Positions 43,488-54,462 are shown, numbered from the stretch's first letter. The stretch: DNA of 64,000 bases from Candidatus Poribacteria bacterium (GCA_965242965.1 OZ251518.1:1888001-1952000); one strand, 5' to 3'. Notes: a model not told the origin generated them from the sequence alone. Program-made: numbers and translations.

Positions 43488-45140
43488 TTAGCGTGCCATT
43501 TTGGCAGAAGAAAAGGGCTCCGTCACGATAAACTCTTGATTCACAGCGAGGTTCTCTAATATCTGCAAGCGGCCGCTCGGCCAGCGAATTTCAACGCTAT
43601 CCACGATAGTTTTCTCGCCGATGCCGAAGAGAAGCCTCGGGTCATTGCTAGAGAGATAACTGGCGTTTCGATGCACTTCGCGAACCAATAATGCGTCGCC
43701 GAGCGTTAATGTGACGCGCGCACCGATGCCATCGCGATTGCTGACAGTGCCGACTAAGGTGAGCCGCAGCCAATTGTGCCGGGTTTCATTCCGCAACAAC
43801 TTTACATCCCCGTTTAACTGCGTGACGACGATGTCCGTATCGCCATCGTTATCATAATCGCCGAAAAGGGTGCCGCGACTGACACTAGGAGGTGGTGCCG
43901 GGGAAAACGCTTCGACAAGGGCAAACGTGCCATCGCCGCTGTTTCGGAAAACCTGATCGGGTTGCGCATAAGCCAGCACATCTGTCATCCGCGCGATGTT
44001 AGGAAAGATATGTCCATTCGCCACGAAAATATCAAGCCGCCCATCGTTATCGGCATCGAAAAAGCCGGTGCCGAACCCCAGATAGAGATAACTTTCCTCG
44101 CCTATCTTTGCTTGATAACTGACATCGGTGAAGGTGGCATCGCCGTTATTTCGATAGAGGGTGTTGGTCTCGTAAGAGAAATTGGTCACGAAAATGTCAA
44201 GGTATCCGTCGCCGTTGTAATCGCCAGCGTCCACCCCCATGCCGGCTTGCGCGATGCCATCGGCACTATAGGCACAGCCCGTGAGGATGGCAATCTCGGC
44301 GAACGTGCCATCGCCTTTGTTATAGAAAAGATAGTTCGGCGTGTCATCGTTGGCTACGTAAAGGTCTTGGTGTCCATCGGCATCGAAATCGGCGGCGACA
44401 ACGCCTAACCCTTTGCCGCGAAACATGCCGCCCGGGTCGCGGATATTTGCCGAGTCGGTGACATCGGTAAATGTCCCATCGCCGTTGTTTCGGTAGAGCC
44501 GGTCTGGCGCGCCTTCAAAATTTTTGGGGTGGCAGTAACCTCGGACTTTTTCGCGCTCCGAGGCGAGGTTCTCAAAACAGGGAGGATAAGGCGTATCTAA
44601 CGCGTAGTTGAGATAATTCACGACATAGAGATCGAGGTGGCCATCGTTATCGTAATCAAAGAAGGTTGCGCTGCTGCTCCACTGCGCGTCAGTGGGTGCG
44701 TTTTCCAAGCGCGCCTGCGTAAACGTGCCGTCGCCGTTATTCCGATAGAGCCGATTTGCGCCGAAGTTCGTCACATAAATATCGGTATCGCCATCGTTAT
44801 CGTAATCGCCGCAGGCGGCACCGTGGCCATAACTACCTTCATTGCCGACACCGGCTATCGCAGTGACATCGGTGAAAGTTCCATCGCCGTTATTTCGGTA
44901 GAGGACGCTGGGGGTTGCGCTGTTTATTAGGTAGAGATCGAGATTGCCATCGTTATCGTAATCGAGGAATGCGCCGCCTGCGCCGAGGGTTTCGGGGAGG
45001 TGATATTCGCCTGTCGCGCCGTTATCGTGCGTGAAATGGATGCCTGCGGTTTCGGTGACATCGGTGAAGTGGATGCGCGGTTCCGCGGCGAATGCGGATA
45101 GTGGTATTAGGATGAGGATGAGGATGTGGGGGATGTGCAT
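43488..45140 (-). CDS. CRTAC1-like FG-GAP/VCBS repeat protein with ASPIC/UnbV domain
   Basis: Signal peptide, repeated DYDNDG..D and LYRNNGDGTFTDVT, NRDGIGARV, IRWPSG. Confidence 0.92.
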   Translation of the reverse strand: MHIPHILILILIPLSAFAAEPRIHFTDVTETAGIHFTHDNGATGEYHLPETLGAGGAFLDYDNDGNLDLYLINSATPSVLYRNNGDGTFTDVTAIAGVGNEGSYGHGAACGDYDNDGDTDIYVTNFGANRLYRNNGDGTFTQARLENAPTDAQWSSSATFFDYDNDGHLDLYVVNYLNYALDTPYPPCFENLASEREKVRGYCHPKNFEGAPDRLYRNNGDGTFTDVTDSANIRDPGGMFRGKGLGVVAADFDADGHQDLYVANDDTPNYLFYNKGDGTFAEIAILTGCAYSADGIAQAGMGVDAGDYNGDGYLDIFVTNFSYETNTLYRNNGDATFTDVSYQAKIGEESYLYLGFGTGFFDADNDGRLDIFVANGHIFPNIARMTDVLAYAQPDQVFRNSGDGTFALVEAFSPAPPPSVSRGTLFGDYDNDGDTDIVVTQLNGDVKLLRNETRHNWLRLTLVGTVSNRDGIGARVTLTLGDALLVREVHRNASYLSSNDPRLLFGIGEKTIVDSVEIRWPSGRLQILENLAVNQEFIVTEPFSSAKMAR

Positions 45141-45518
45141 AGTGAGAGACAGGCCGTTTATACCGTAGGGCGGGGGCCCTCGCATGCCACACGCGCATGC
45201 GAGAGGGTTTCCCCCGCCATGCCACATCGCGGCAGACGGCCCTTTAGACCGAACGATCGCGAGGGACAGGCCCTCGCGCTACGGTGTTCCGGTGTGATTA
45301 CGATCGCGAGGGACAGGCCCTCGCGCTACGGAAAAAAACGCCACCCCTTTACGTAGGGCGGGGGCCTGTCCCCCGCCGTGCTGCGATCGCGAGGGACAGG
45401 CCCTCGCGCTACGGGGCCGATGGACCGGACGATCGCGAGGGACAGGCCCTCGCGCTACGGGGTAGGAGGGACATCCTTGTCCCGATACATCGAAGAAATC
45501 GAGACCGGGAGGTCTCTC

Positions 45519-46319
45519 CTACGGGACATGGGCGGCCTGATACATCTCGCGCATTATGATGAGGATGTCCTGCGGCGCGCCGAGGGCATCGGTAAGATAG
45601 CAGCTCTCCGCTTCTTCTCTGATTGCATCAGGGATACCGTGGCGCGCTTCAGCGATGGGACCGGCGATGGCGGCAAGCGTATCCGAATCTCCACCGAGAG
45701 AAACGGCGTTCCGCACAGCGTCTTCAAAACTAGTCGATTCCAGCGCGCACGTGATTGCCGGGGGCACCGTGCCTTGACATGTCATATCAAATTCATAACT
45801 TTGGCGAATCTCGTCTACCGTCTGACTCAAATCGTAGCCGTATTCGGCGGCGATGACGGTGCGGATAACGTCTGGATTTTCGCCTCGGAATGCGAGCCAG
45901 ATGGCGTGTGTCGTCGCCCGCGCGCCTTTCATGCCTTCCGGATGATTGTGCGTGATTTCTGTTACTTTATCCGAAGCGGCGAGGGCAGCCGATAGCTCTT
46001 CGCGGTTCAGGAATGCTGCCGGTGAGACGCGCATCGCCGCGCCGTTGTAGAAAAGGTTATAGGGCTCGGGCACGTCCAAATAAATCCACTTCGTAAAAAT
46101 GCCGCTATACCCTCGCCGCGGGTGTGTTCTGCACCACTTCTGCATCGTCTCCGAAGGAGGACGATTGTGGAGCAGAATATCTGCCACCGCTGCCGTGCAG
46201 ACAGAGTCGTCTGTATAACGGCATGTCTTGCAGAAGAAAGGGAAATTTTTGGTTTTGATGCGGGCTTGCTGTCCTTCGTAAATTGAGCCGACAGTGTCTC
46301 CGATGATTGCGCCAAGCAT
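45519..46319 (-). CDS. ADP-ribosylglycohydrolase family protein
   Basis: MLGAIIGD, YTDD, NGAAMRVSP, THNHPEG, GGDSDTLAAIAG. Confidence 0.93.
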   Translation of the reverse strand: MLGAIIGDTVGSIYEGQQARIKTKNFPFFCKTCRYTDDSVCTAAVADILLHNRPPSETMQKWCRTHPRRGYSGIFTKWIYLDVPEPYNLFYNGAAMRVSPAAFLNREELSAALAASDKVTEITHNHPEGMKGARATTHAIWLAFRGENPDVIRTVIAAEYGYDLSQTVDEIRQSYEFDMTCQGTVPPAITCALESTSFEDAVRNAVSLGGDSDTLAAIAGPIAEARHGIPDAIREEAESCYLTDALGAPQDILIIMREMYQAAHVP

Positions 46320-46542
46320 GTTTGTTTCTCCACGATGTGTCATGTTGCGATCGCGAGGGACAGGCCCTCGCGCTACGGTGGAAATAACGTGTCTCCTTCT
46401 GTAGGTCAAGATCGCCCGATCCTGACCCGTTTGTGATCAGGCGATCACAAACTACAGAGAGGGGGCGCACGAAAAAACGTCACCCTTCATCGTAGCGCGG
46501 GGGCCTGTCCCCCGCGATCGCCATCGTCAAGAGTGGCGTTTT

Positions 46543-46715
46543 AGGTCCTTTAGGTCCTATATGTCTATAGAAATACGTGTCGTACCCTTTTCAAGGTCCT
46601 TTAGGTCCTTAATAAAAACACGCGCGGCCCTGGCAAAATCTATTAAGGACCTAAAGGACCTTAGCGTTCTTCTTTGCAGGCACGCGTGCTATAGACATTA
46701 AGGTCCTACGGACCT
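46543..46715. mobile_element. ~170-bp MITE-like element
   Basis: Imperfect terminal inverted repeats AGGTCC..ATGTCTATAG / CTATAGACATTAAGGTCCTACGGACCT; multiple copies in the window. Confidence 0.65.
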
Positions 46716-46838
46716 AAGAATCGTTTTTTCCTCGTAGGGCGGGGGCCTGTCCCCCGCCATGCAACGATCGCAAGTGGGTTTCCCCGCCATGCAACGATCG
46801 CGCGGGACAGGCCCTGGCGCTACGGGGTTGCGTGCAAC

Positions 46839-47660
46839 CTAATGCCGCTGCGCCTTTAAATTCGCCCACGTTGTGGTGAATTTGCCTTGCGCCTCAACAC
46901 TCGTGACGACAGAGGCGTATTCGGCGAAATCTGACGCATCAAAAGCGGAACCGTAGACTTCCACTTCATCAATCATTCCGCTGAAGTAGTGGAGATTCGT
47001 GCCTTCGCCATCTTCATCGTGGAAAACAGCGTTAGCATTGACGTATCCGATGCCGATGTCATCACCGTGCGCGAAAAGTTGCCCACCTTCCTCGCTGGCA
47101 ATCATTTCACCATCAAGCCACATCTCGAATTTGTCTGCCTCGACAGCCTCGCCGGCACCGCGGATGACTAAGCCGACGTGATACCACCGATTTGATTCAA
47201 CAGCCGCAGAGGGCCACGCGCCGTCCCAGTTATATTCGGCGCGGTTCCAGCCGCCGACGTAGACTTGCCCATCGAAGACATTAATGACGAGCCCGCGGGT
47301 GCGGCCGCCTTCCTCAAAAATCGTCTGCTTCTGTTCGGTGATGCCGACATCGGCGCAGTTGAAATATGCGACGATTGTCCTGTCGGTGTAAGGACCGCCG
47401 GTGTTGATGTCGACGGAATCGGGCAGTTTCACGCCATCGTCCTCGCCGTCAAAAAGCAGTGCCTTTCCGACGATACCGTCGACAACCTCCGGGTCACCGA
47501 CGAGTTCGCCGTTTACGCCTTTTCCGGATGAGTCTTCGCCATCACCGTTGTCGAAATTCCAGATTGCGGCGACGGTTGCGTCATCTTTCGCTGCGAAGGT
47601 TGTCACAGCGGCGAGGATGAGCAAGATGGTTAAGAGTGAAAAGAAACTTAATTTTGTCAT
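46839..47660 (-). CDS. secreted LamG/concanavalin A-like domain protein (acidic paralog)
   Basis: Signal peptide, W.FD, GKALLFDG, WYHV, FSGMIDEV, tail SVEAQGKFTTTWANLK. Confidence 0.88.
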   Translation of the reverse strand: MTKLSFFSLLTILLILAAVTTFAAKDDATVAAIWNFDNGDGEDSSGKGVNGELVGDPEVVDGIVGKALLFDGEDDGVKLPDSVDINTGGPYTDRTIVAYFNCADVGITEQKQTIFEEGGRTRGLVINVFDGQVYVGGWNRAEYNWDGAWPSAAVESNRWYHVGLVIRGAGEAVEADKFEMWLDGEMIASEEGGQLFAHGDDIGIGYVNANAVFHDEDGEGTNLHYFSGMIDEVEVYGSAFDASDFAEYASVVTSVEAQGKFTTTWANLKAQRH

Positions 47661-47952
47661 TTGATATAATCTCCTTTGGTTATTGCATCGAGACCTCACG
47701 CCTGTAGTTCAGAAGCACCTGCTCCTGACCCGTTCAGGAGCGGGCGCTCCCGAACTACAGAACGGGGCTACGGTGTCCCGATACAGCCAGCGATCGCGAG
47801 GGACAGGCCCTCGCGCTACGGGGAAAAAACGTCTCCTCACCTCTGTAGGTCAGGAGCGCCTGCTCCCGAACTACAGAAATGGGCCCGATGCCTGCCGGAA
47901 TCGAGACCAGGAGGTCTCGCCTACCCGAAGATGTCAAGACCCGAGGTCTCGC

Positions 47953-48774
47953 CTACCGATGTTCTGTCCGCTGAGCCTTTAAGTTGGCCCACGTCGTTGC
48001 GGATTTTCCGTGCGGTTCAACGCTGAGAGGTTGCGCAAGTTCCGCGAAATCCGCCTCGTCAAAAGCGGAACCGTAGACAAGCACCTCGTCAATCAAACCG
48101 CCAAACCAGTCTAAATCACTGCCACCGCCACCGCCATCGTGGTAGACGGTGTTCTGGTTGAGATGCCCGATGCCGATGTCATCGCCGTGGGCATGGAGTT
48201 GCCCACCTTTCTCTTGCGCGATGCGCTTGCCATCCAGCCACATCTCAAACTTCTTGCTTTCTACTTTCGCCTCGGCATCGCGGATGACGAGCCCGACGTG
48301 ATACCACCGTTTTGATTTGACATCCGCGGCGGGCCAGGCACCGTTCCAATTATATTCGGCACGATTCCAGCCGCCGACGTAAACCTTCCCGCCCTGCACA
48401 TAGATGACGAGCCCGCGCGTCTGACCGCCTTCTTCAAAAATTACCTGCTTCCGGTCCTTCACGCCGACATCATCGCAGTTGAACAACGCCGCGACCGTCC
48501 GGTTGGTATAAGGACCGGCGGTGTTGATATCGGCGGAGTCGGGTAACTTGATGCCATCGTCTCTGCCGTTGAATTTCAACGCTTTCCCGGCAATGCCGTC
48601 AACCGCTTTCGGCTTCCCGGCGAAATTGCCGTCGAGCCCCTTTTTGGAGCTGTCTTTGGCACTGCCATCGTTGAATGTCCAGTGTGCCGCGACGGTGGCT
48701 TCGTCGCGCTGTGCATCCACCTGCACAATGGGCAACATCGCGAAACTGAGCATGAAAATAAGAAAACGAATCAC
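47953..48774 (-). CDS. secreted LamG/concanavalin A-like domain protein (Lys-rich paralog)
   Basis: Same motifs as its neighbour; tail SVEPHGKSATTWANLK; AAGGAGG SD before GTG. Confidence 0.88.
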   Translation of the reverse strand: MIRFLIFMLSFAMLPIVQVDAQRDEATVAAHWTFNDGSAKDSSKKGLDGNFAGKPKAVDGIAGKALKFNGRDDGIKLPDSADINTAGPYTNRTVAALFNCDDVGVKDRKQVIFEEGGQTRGLVIYVQGGKVYVGGWNRAEYNWNGAWPAADVKSKRWYHVGLVIRDAEAKVESKKFEMWLDGKRIAQEKGGQLHAHGDDIGIGHLNQNTVYHDGGGGGSDLDWFGGLIDEVLVYGSAFDEADFAELAQPLSVEPHGKSATTWANLKAQRTEHR

Positions 48775-49313
48775 TTGAATTGCCTCCTTTCCTCTCGGTG
48801 CGGAGGATGTTAGGTTTTTGAGGGAAATGTGGTTTTCCCCTCAAACGTTTAGGTGATAATAGGTGTTTTTATTATGACAATTTTTGAAAATTTTGTCAAA
48901 CAAAAAAACGGCGCGCGTGTTTTTTCTTGCACAAAACCCGTTTTTTGGTATATTATGCGTTTAATTTGGGGGAGGTCATGTTTTGATGCGTTTCGGCTCG
49001 ATTTTCCCGTAGCGCGGGGGCCTCTCCCCCGCGATCGTTGGAGTCCGCGAGGCATGGCGAGGGACAGGCCCTCGCCCTACGGTGAGGGAGACGTTTTTTA
49101 TCGTAGCGCGGACGTTATTTTTTATCGTAGCGCGGGGGCCTGTCCCCCGCGATTGTTGGGGCGATCGAACGATGGCGAGGGACAGGCCCTCGCCCTACGG
49201 TGAAGGGGGACGTTTTCCCGTAGCGCGGGGGCCTGTCCCCCGCGATCGTTGGATCGCGCGGAAGATACCGAGACCGGGAGGGCTCTCCTACCAAAAAACA
49301 AGAGGAAAACATA

Positions 49314-50840
49314 GTGAAATCAAACGCTGAACATACAGAACTTTTCACAGAACTTTTCATTGACGATGCGATTATCGCCGAAAAGCACGGTGTCACGCGC
49401 ACGCTGCATCCCGGCATAAAAACGAACGCGCCTGTCCTCGACCCTACCCCCGGAAACCTCTGGGAACACGGTGGGCCAGACCAGTCCAAGCGCGTGCATC
49501 TCTACGGAACGGTCATGTTCGATGAGGCATTCGGGAAGTATCGGATGTGGTATATGTGTCGCATGGGACCGCATTGGCGATTTCAGGCGAACCAGATTCC
49601 GGGACTTTATGTCCCGCGTCCAAATCGGAATCCCTCAACTTTCAACGGGCAAACGCACGATGCCTACGGCAGGAAGTTCGTTGAAAATGACCGCGGTGAT
49701 CTCACCTGCTACGCCGAAAGTGACGATGGCGTGACATGGACGAAACCGAACCTCGGCATTTTTGAATTCAACGGCGATTCAAATAACAACATTGTCTGGG
49801 ACCTGCACGGGGCTGCCGTTTTTCGAGATGAGGCTGAGCCGAACCGCCAGAAACGGTATAAGGCAATCGGGTTTTGCAGGCGGTATCGCAATATCTTCCT
49901 CATCACCTCACCCGATGGTATCCGGTGGGACGATGCAGAATCTCTTGACCCTGTTGCACAGCGGGACAACGAGGGATGCTTCAATGTCGTCTACGACGAA
50001 AAAGCCTCTCTTTTCCGTGCTTATGCCCTCATCCGAGGGACAGACAAGGACGCGCGGCGGATGATTGCCTACACTGAAAGCCCGCGGCTTGAAGGCGAAT
50101 GGGCATCCCTCACTCCCATGTTCGGTGCGACAGAAAGAGACGATGAAATCGGGGTGGAGAGATACGGCGCGGCGCGCGCCGAAATCCATAACCTGTCAGG
50201 GTTTCGTTATCACGATAACTACATCGGCATCGCCGGCGTGTTATATGTGACGGGACCGGGGGCACCTGAACATGAAATTCCGATCGATGGCCCCATTGAC
50301 GCGCAACTGGTTTGCAGCCGAGATGGAGTGAAGTGGGATTACGCCGATGACGACAGAACGCCGATTATTTCGCGCGGCGCAGCGGGGGAATTTGACATGG
50401 GGATGATTATGGGCACTTCCACCGAACCGCTCATCACCGAGGATGCCATTCATTGGTATTATACCGGCGCGAAGCATACGCATGGCGCGCCGATGAAGGA
50501 ACGGTGCAAATCCATCGGGCGCGCCACGTGGCGATTAGATGGCTTCGTCTCTCTTGATGCCGATGAAAATGGCGGTGTGGTGGAAACGCTTCCGTTGCGT
50601 TTGCCGGGCAATGCGTTGCAGGTGAATGCAGATGCACGCGCCGGGCAAGTCTGTGTTGAAGTGCTGACACCTGATGGGCAAGTGCAACAGGGGTTTTCAA
50701 AGGCGGAGTGTGTGCCGTTGACAGGCGATGAGATTCGGCATCGTGTCCGATGGAAATCTCGGACGTTGGCGGATGCTCGGCGGCCGTTTCGGCTTCGTTT
50801 TGTGCTAAATCGTGCGCGGTTGTATGCGTTTCGGTTGTGA
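49314..50840 (+). CDS. five-bladed beta-propeller glycoside hydrolase-like protein
   Basis: LFIDD, CYAESDDG..W.KPNLG, SPDG..W, SRDG..W Asp-boxes, RLDGFVSL, LYAF tail. Confidence 0.75.
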   Translation: MKSNAEHTELFTELFIDDAIIAEKHGVTRTLHPGIKTNAPVLDPTPGNLWEHGGPDQSKRVHLYGTVMFDEAFGKYRMWYMCRMGPHWRFQANQIPGLYVPRPNRNPSTFNGQTHDAYGRKFVENDRGDLTCYAESDDGVTWTKPNLGIFEFNGDSNNNIVWDLHGAAVFRDEAEPNRQKRYKAIGFCRRYRNIFLITSPDGIRWDDAESLDPVAQRDNEGCFNVVYDEKASLFRAYALIRGTDKDARRMIAYTESPRLEGEWASLTPMFGATERDDEIGVERYGAARAEIHNLSGFRYHDNYIGIAGVLYVTGPGAPEHEIPIDGPIDAQLVCSRDGVKWDYADDDRTPIISRGAAGEFDMGMIMGTSTEPLITEDAIHWYYTGAKHTHGAPMKERCKSIGRATWRLDGFVSLDADENGGVVETLPLRLPGNALQVNADARAGQVCVEVLTPDGQVQQGFSKAECVPLTGDEIRHRVRWKSRTLADARRPFRLRFVLNRARLYAFRL

Positions 50841-50995
50841 ATTGTGTGCGGGTAGGAGAGACCTCCTGGTCTCGATTTTCTTTGACGATAGAGATCGCGA
50901 GGGACAGGCCCTCGCGCTACGGTGAAAGGGGGATTTTCTCCTACCGTAGCGCGGGGGCCTGTCCCCCGCGCTGTCCATCGTCAAGTTATGTTTTT

Positions 50996-51489
50996 AGGTC
51001 CTTTAGGTCCTTAATGTCTATAGAAATACGTGTCGTTCCATTTTCAAGGTCCTTTAGGTCCTTAATAAAAAACACGCGGCGCATCAAAGCATATTAAGGA
51101 CCTAAAGGACCTTAAAGCTCTTCGCGGGCGCGCGTACTATAGACATTAAGGTCCTACGGACCTAAAGAGATGTTTTTTTCGGCGCGACGATGGCGAGGGG
51201 AACCCGCTCGGATGCGCGTATGGCATCCGAGGGCCCAAGCCCTACGATGAAAGGAAGGCGTTATTTTCCCCGTAGCGCGGGGGCCTGTCCCCCGCGATCG
51301 TCGTCATTACGATGCGTTCTTAGGTCCTTTAGGTCCTTAATGTCTATAGAAAAACGTGCCGGTCCCATGGCAAGGTCCGTAGGACCTTAATAGGAAAACA
51401 TGCTGCGCGTCAAAACACATTAAGGACCTAAAGGACCTTAAAGCTCCTCCGATCGCCGGCTGCTATAGACATTCAGGTCCTACGGACCT
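50996..51489. mobile_element. two MITE-like elements (50996-51163, 51322-51489) within a REP cluster
   Basis: Same termini and four-palindrome layout as 46543-46715. Confidence 0.65.
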
Positions 51490-51580
51490 GAAGAGACGTG
51501 TTTCCGGCGATCGAACGATCGCGAGGGACAGGCCCTCGCCCTACGATGAGGGGGATTGCATCGTGACCAGGAGGGCTCCC

Positions 51581-52531
51581 CTACAATTGCGAGGCCAAAT
51601 CATCAAGCATCTCACGGATACTCACCTCATTGCCATCAAGGAAAAGCGGAGCCAACGCACCACGGCCATGCAACGCCTGCAAAAGAGAATCGATCTGCAT
51701 CATACGCGCCTGCGGAGAGCGACATTTAGGCCACTTATCAGCGAATTCGCGCGCCGGTTGAGGATTGCCTGTCCGCAAAGTCCGCGTGCTTTTCCGCCAC
51801 TCCTGCCATCTGAAGGTATAACCACACCCCTTGCACTGCAATATCTCATCGCGTTTTTTGAGGTTTTTACGGTATTCGCGCCAGCGGCGTTTGTAGTCGC
51901 AAACCGTGCATTCAATATATCCCGGCGTGTGAAGCGCAATTTCGTTGCACTTTGGACAGCGGAGTTCGGGTTTTTTCTCCGGAGACGCGCGTTCTAAACG
52001 CGCCTCATTTGCCGCTCTATTACGCTGAACAGCAGCATCCGGTCTTCGGATAACGCGATGGCAATGCGGACACGGCAATCGGACGCGCTGGCTGAGTGAA
52101 CGCCGGTATGATTCCCATGTCCAGGTTTTCCCGCAGGTGCAGTATACGTGCCTGTGCCTTTTCCCATCAGGCGCGCCTTTCGAGCGCGTCTTCCTACCGC
52201 AATCAAAACACCGCGGCGTTCGGCGCAACGCATCCCGGCAATCTTGCCAGAGAAGCCGCTTGGCGCAGTACGGACAGTGAAACCAGTTATCGTGCTGGTT
52301 TCCGAGGCTTTTGCGAAAAAGCGCGTCGATTTTCCGTTTCACTTTCGTGCCGCACCGCGGACAAGGCACGCGGCCTTCCGGGAATACATCGGCGACTGTC
52401 GCAATGTCTGCACAGCGCGCGTAGAGCTCCCACCCCACGGTCTGCAGCGCATCGTCATCGTAGATGCCTAGCCGGGCGGAGCGGTAAAGTTTGCGGATTT
52501 TGATGGGGTTGACGCGAGGTGCCCATATCAT
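51581..52531 (-). CDS. uncharacterised basic multi-zinc-ribbon protein
   Basis: Seven CxxC and one CxC motifs, W..YR repeats; ATGA-coupled to the upstream gene. Confidence 0.75.
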   Translation of the reverse strand: MIWAPRVNPIKIRKLYRSARLGIYDDDALQTVGWELYARCADIATVADVFPEGRVPCPRCGTKVKRKIDALFRKSLGNQHDNWFHCPYCAKRLLWQDCRDALRRTPRCFDCGRKTRSKGAPDGKRHRHVYCTCGKTWTWESYRRSLSQRVRLPCPHCHRVIRRPDAAVQRNRAANEARLERASPEKKPELRCPKCNEIALHTPGYIECTVCDYKRRWREYRKNLKKRDEILQCKGCGYTFRWQEWRKSTRTLRTGNPQPAREFADKWPKCRSPQARMMQIDSLLQALHGRGALAPLFLDGNEVSIREMLDDLASQL

Positions 52532-53541
52532 AACTGAATGACCTCTCCTGTCTCAACGCTATCGCTAATTGCCTTCAAAACGCGCATGTTCTGATACGCA
52601 TCTTCAAGACTCGCGTGCGGTTGTGTGCCTTCTTGCAACGATTTCGCCCAATGTTGCATCTCTTCCAGATACCCGGGCCTGCCGATGCTATGAAAGGCAG
52701 TGTTGAGAGCCCATTCTTCAGTAGGCGTATCGGCATATCCGCCGCCGGTGCCGAGCCAGGTCGGCGTGCGATAACGGCGCAGTTTGCGAGTCTCTAACAC
52801 CTGAATCGCCTGATTACCCGTGCCTTTCACGAAAACCATGGTTTCTAGAACCGGACCGGTGCCCAGTGTCATCGTGCCGATGCCGCCGTTCGCGTAGCGC
52901 AGATTGACAGAGAGTGAGACGGTGCGGGTGGCTGCGTCAATCTCTCCCATTGCGAACACTTCGCTGACCTGTCCCATAAAGAACCGCATGCAGTCAGTGG
53001 GGTGGATACCCTGGTCAAGCATGAAGGGCCATGCGAAGGGTGAGCCTGCCTCGCTCAGTCTTGGGCTCGGCGCGAGGTATCGGGTGTGATAGTGGCACGG
53101 CGTTCCGAATTCCGCTTCTGTCATCAGCCGTTTGGCAATCTGATGCGCGGGTGCGTGCCGCCACATCGTGCCTACCATCCCCGTTTTGCCCGTCTTTTTG
53201 GATGCATCGACCAGCATTTTCGCGCCTTCTGGGGTAGTCGCCGGCGGTTTCTCGGTGTAAATATGATAACCGCGTTGCATGCACTCGATGCCGATGTCGC
53301 GGTGCAGTTTATCCTCCGGGCGGCCGATGACGGCGATAGCGTCAAGGACTTCATTTTTGAGCATCGTGTCGTAGTCGGTGTAGTGGCGGAGCGCGCCGAA
53401 TTTTCGGGCGTTTGCCAGTGCCTTCTCTTCTACGATGTCGCAGGTGGCGACGAATTCAAGTTCTGGCACTAGCGGGATGCATTGTTGTAGTTGCGTTGAC
53501 ATTCCGCCGCAGCCGATGAATGCGATTCGGATTTTGTTCAT
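52528..53541 (-). CDS. Gfo/Idh/MocA oxidoreductase
   Basis: IAFIGCGGM, HIYTEKP, DQGIHPTD; AGGAG SD. Confidence 0.92.
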   Translation of the reverse strand: MNKIRIAFIGCGGMSTQLQQCIPLVPELEFVATCDIVEEKALANARKFGALRHYTDYDTMLKNEVLDAIAVIGRPEDKLHRDIGIECMQRGYHIYTEKPPATTPEGAKMLVDASKKTGKTGMVGTMWRHAPAHQIAKRLMTEAEFGTPCHYHTRYLAPSPRLSEAGSPFAWPFMLDQGIHPTDCMRFFMGQVSEVFAMGEIDAATRTVSLSVNLRYANGGIGTMTLGTGPVLETMVFVKGTGNQAIQVLETRKLRRYRTPTWLGTGGGYADTPTEEWALNTAFHSIGRPGYLEEMQHWAKSLQEGTQPHASLEDAYQNMRVLKAISDSVETGEVIQL

Positions 53542-53579
53542 GGTGTTTTCTCCTGTTTTGGTTGATGAAAAAACGGTTC

Positions 53580-54370
53580 GTGACATGCCTCGCGCAATTC
53601 AACGATCGCGGGGGACAGGCCCCCGCGCTACGGGTGTCGAGGCCGCCTCCCCTTCATCCAACGATCGCGGGGGACAGGCCCCCGCGCTACGGGAAAAAAA
53701 ACGGCTCGTGTTACCGTAGGGCGAGGGCCTGTCCCTCGCCAGCGTTCAGGCACCAGACCCCTCCCCTCTGTAGTTCAAGAGCGCCTGCTCTTGACCCGTT
53801 TCGGGAGCAGGCGAGCACAAACTACAGAGATGGGCCCGATGCCTTCCCGTAGGAATGAAAAAACGCCGCCCTTTCACGTAGGGCGAGGGCCTGTCCCTCG
53901 CCATGCCTCGCGCATTCTAACGCTCGCGGGGGACAGGCCCCCGCGCTACGGGTGTCGAGGCTGCTTCCCCTCATCCAACGATCGCGGGGGACAGGCCCCC
54001 GCGCTACGGTGAAAAAAAACGGTTTGTGATATGCCTCGCGCATTCTAACGCTCGCGGGGGACAGGCCCCCGCGCTACGGGTGTTGAGGCCGCTTCCCCTC
54101 ATCCAACGATCGCGGGGGACAGGCCCCCGCGCTACGGGAAAAAAACGTCTCTCGTTACCGTAGGGCGAGGGCCCTCGGATGCCATACGCGCATCCGAGCG
54201 GGTGTCCCTCGCCATCGTTCATGCACCAGACCCGCTCCTCCCCTCTGTAGTTCAAGAGCGCCTGCTCTTGACCCGTTTGTGATCAGGCGATCACAAACTA
54301 CAGAGGGGGCCCGATGCATCCCGGTAGGAGGGACATCCTTGTCCCGATTAGTAAGGGAAAAATCGAGACC
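53580..54370. repeat. REP/REPIN cluster with internal tandem duplications
   Basis: The block ATGCCTCGCGCA..AACG.TCGCGGGGGACAGGCCCCCGCGCTACGGGTGT occurs three times; two doublets. Confidence 0.9.
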
Positions 54371-54425
54371 GATGCAACGAAATGGTTTTCCAAATACTAT
54401 ATCAGGTTTGAAGAAAATAATCAAC

Positions 54426-54462
54426 AAAAAAAGGCACCTCGGCGGAGATGCGCCGAGGTGCC
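54426..54462 (-). terminator. intrinsic terminator downstream of the ECF sigma gene
   Basis: Perfect 12-bp stem GGCACCTCGGCG/CGCCGAGGTGCC followed by T7 on the minus strand. Confidence 0.8.
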
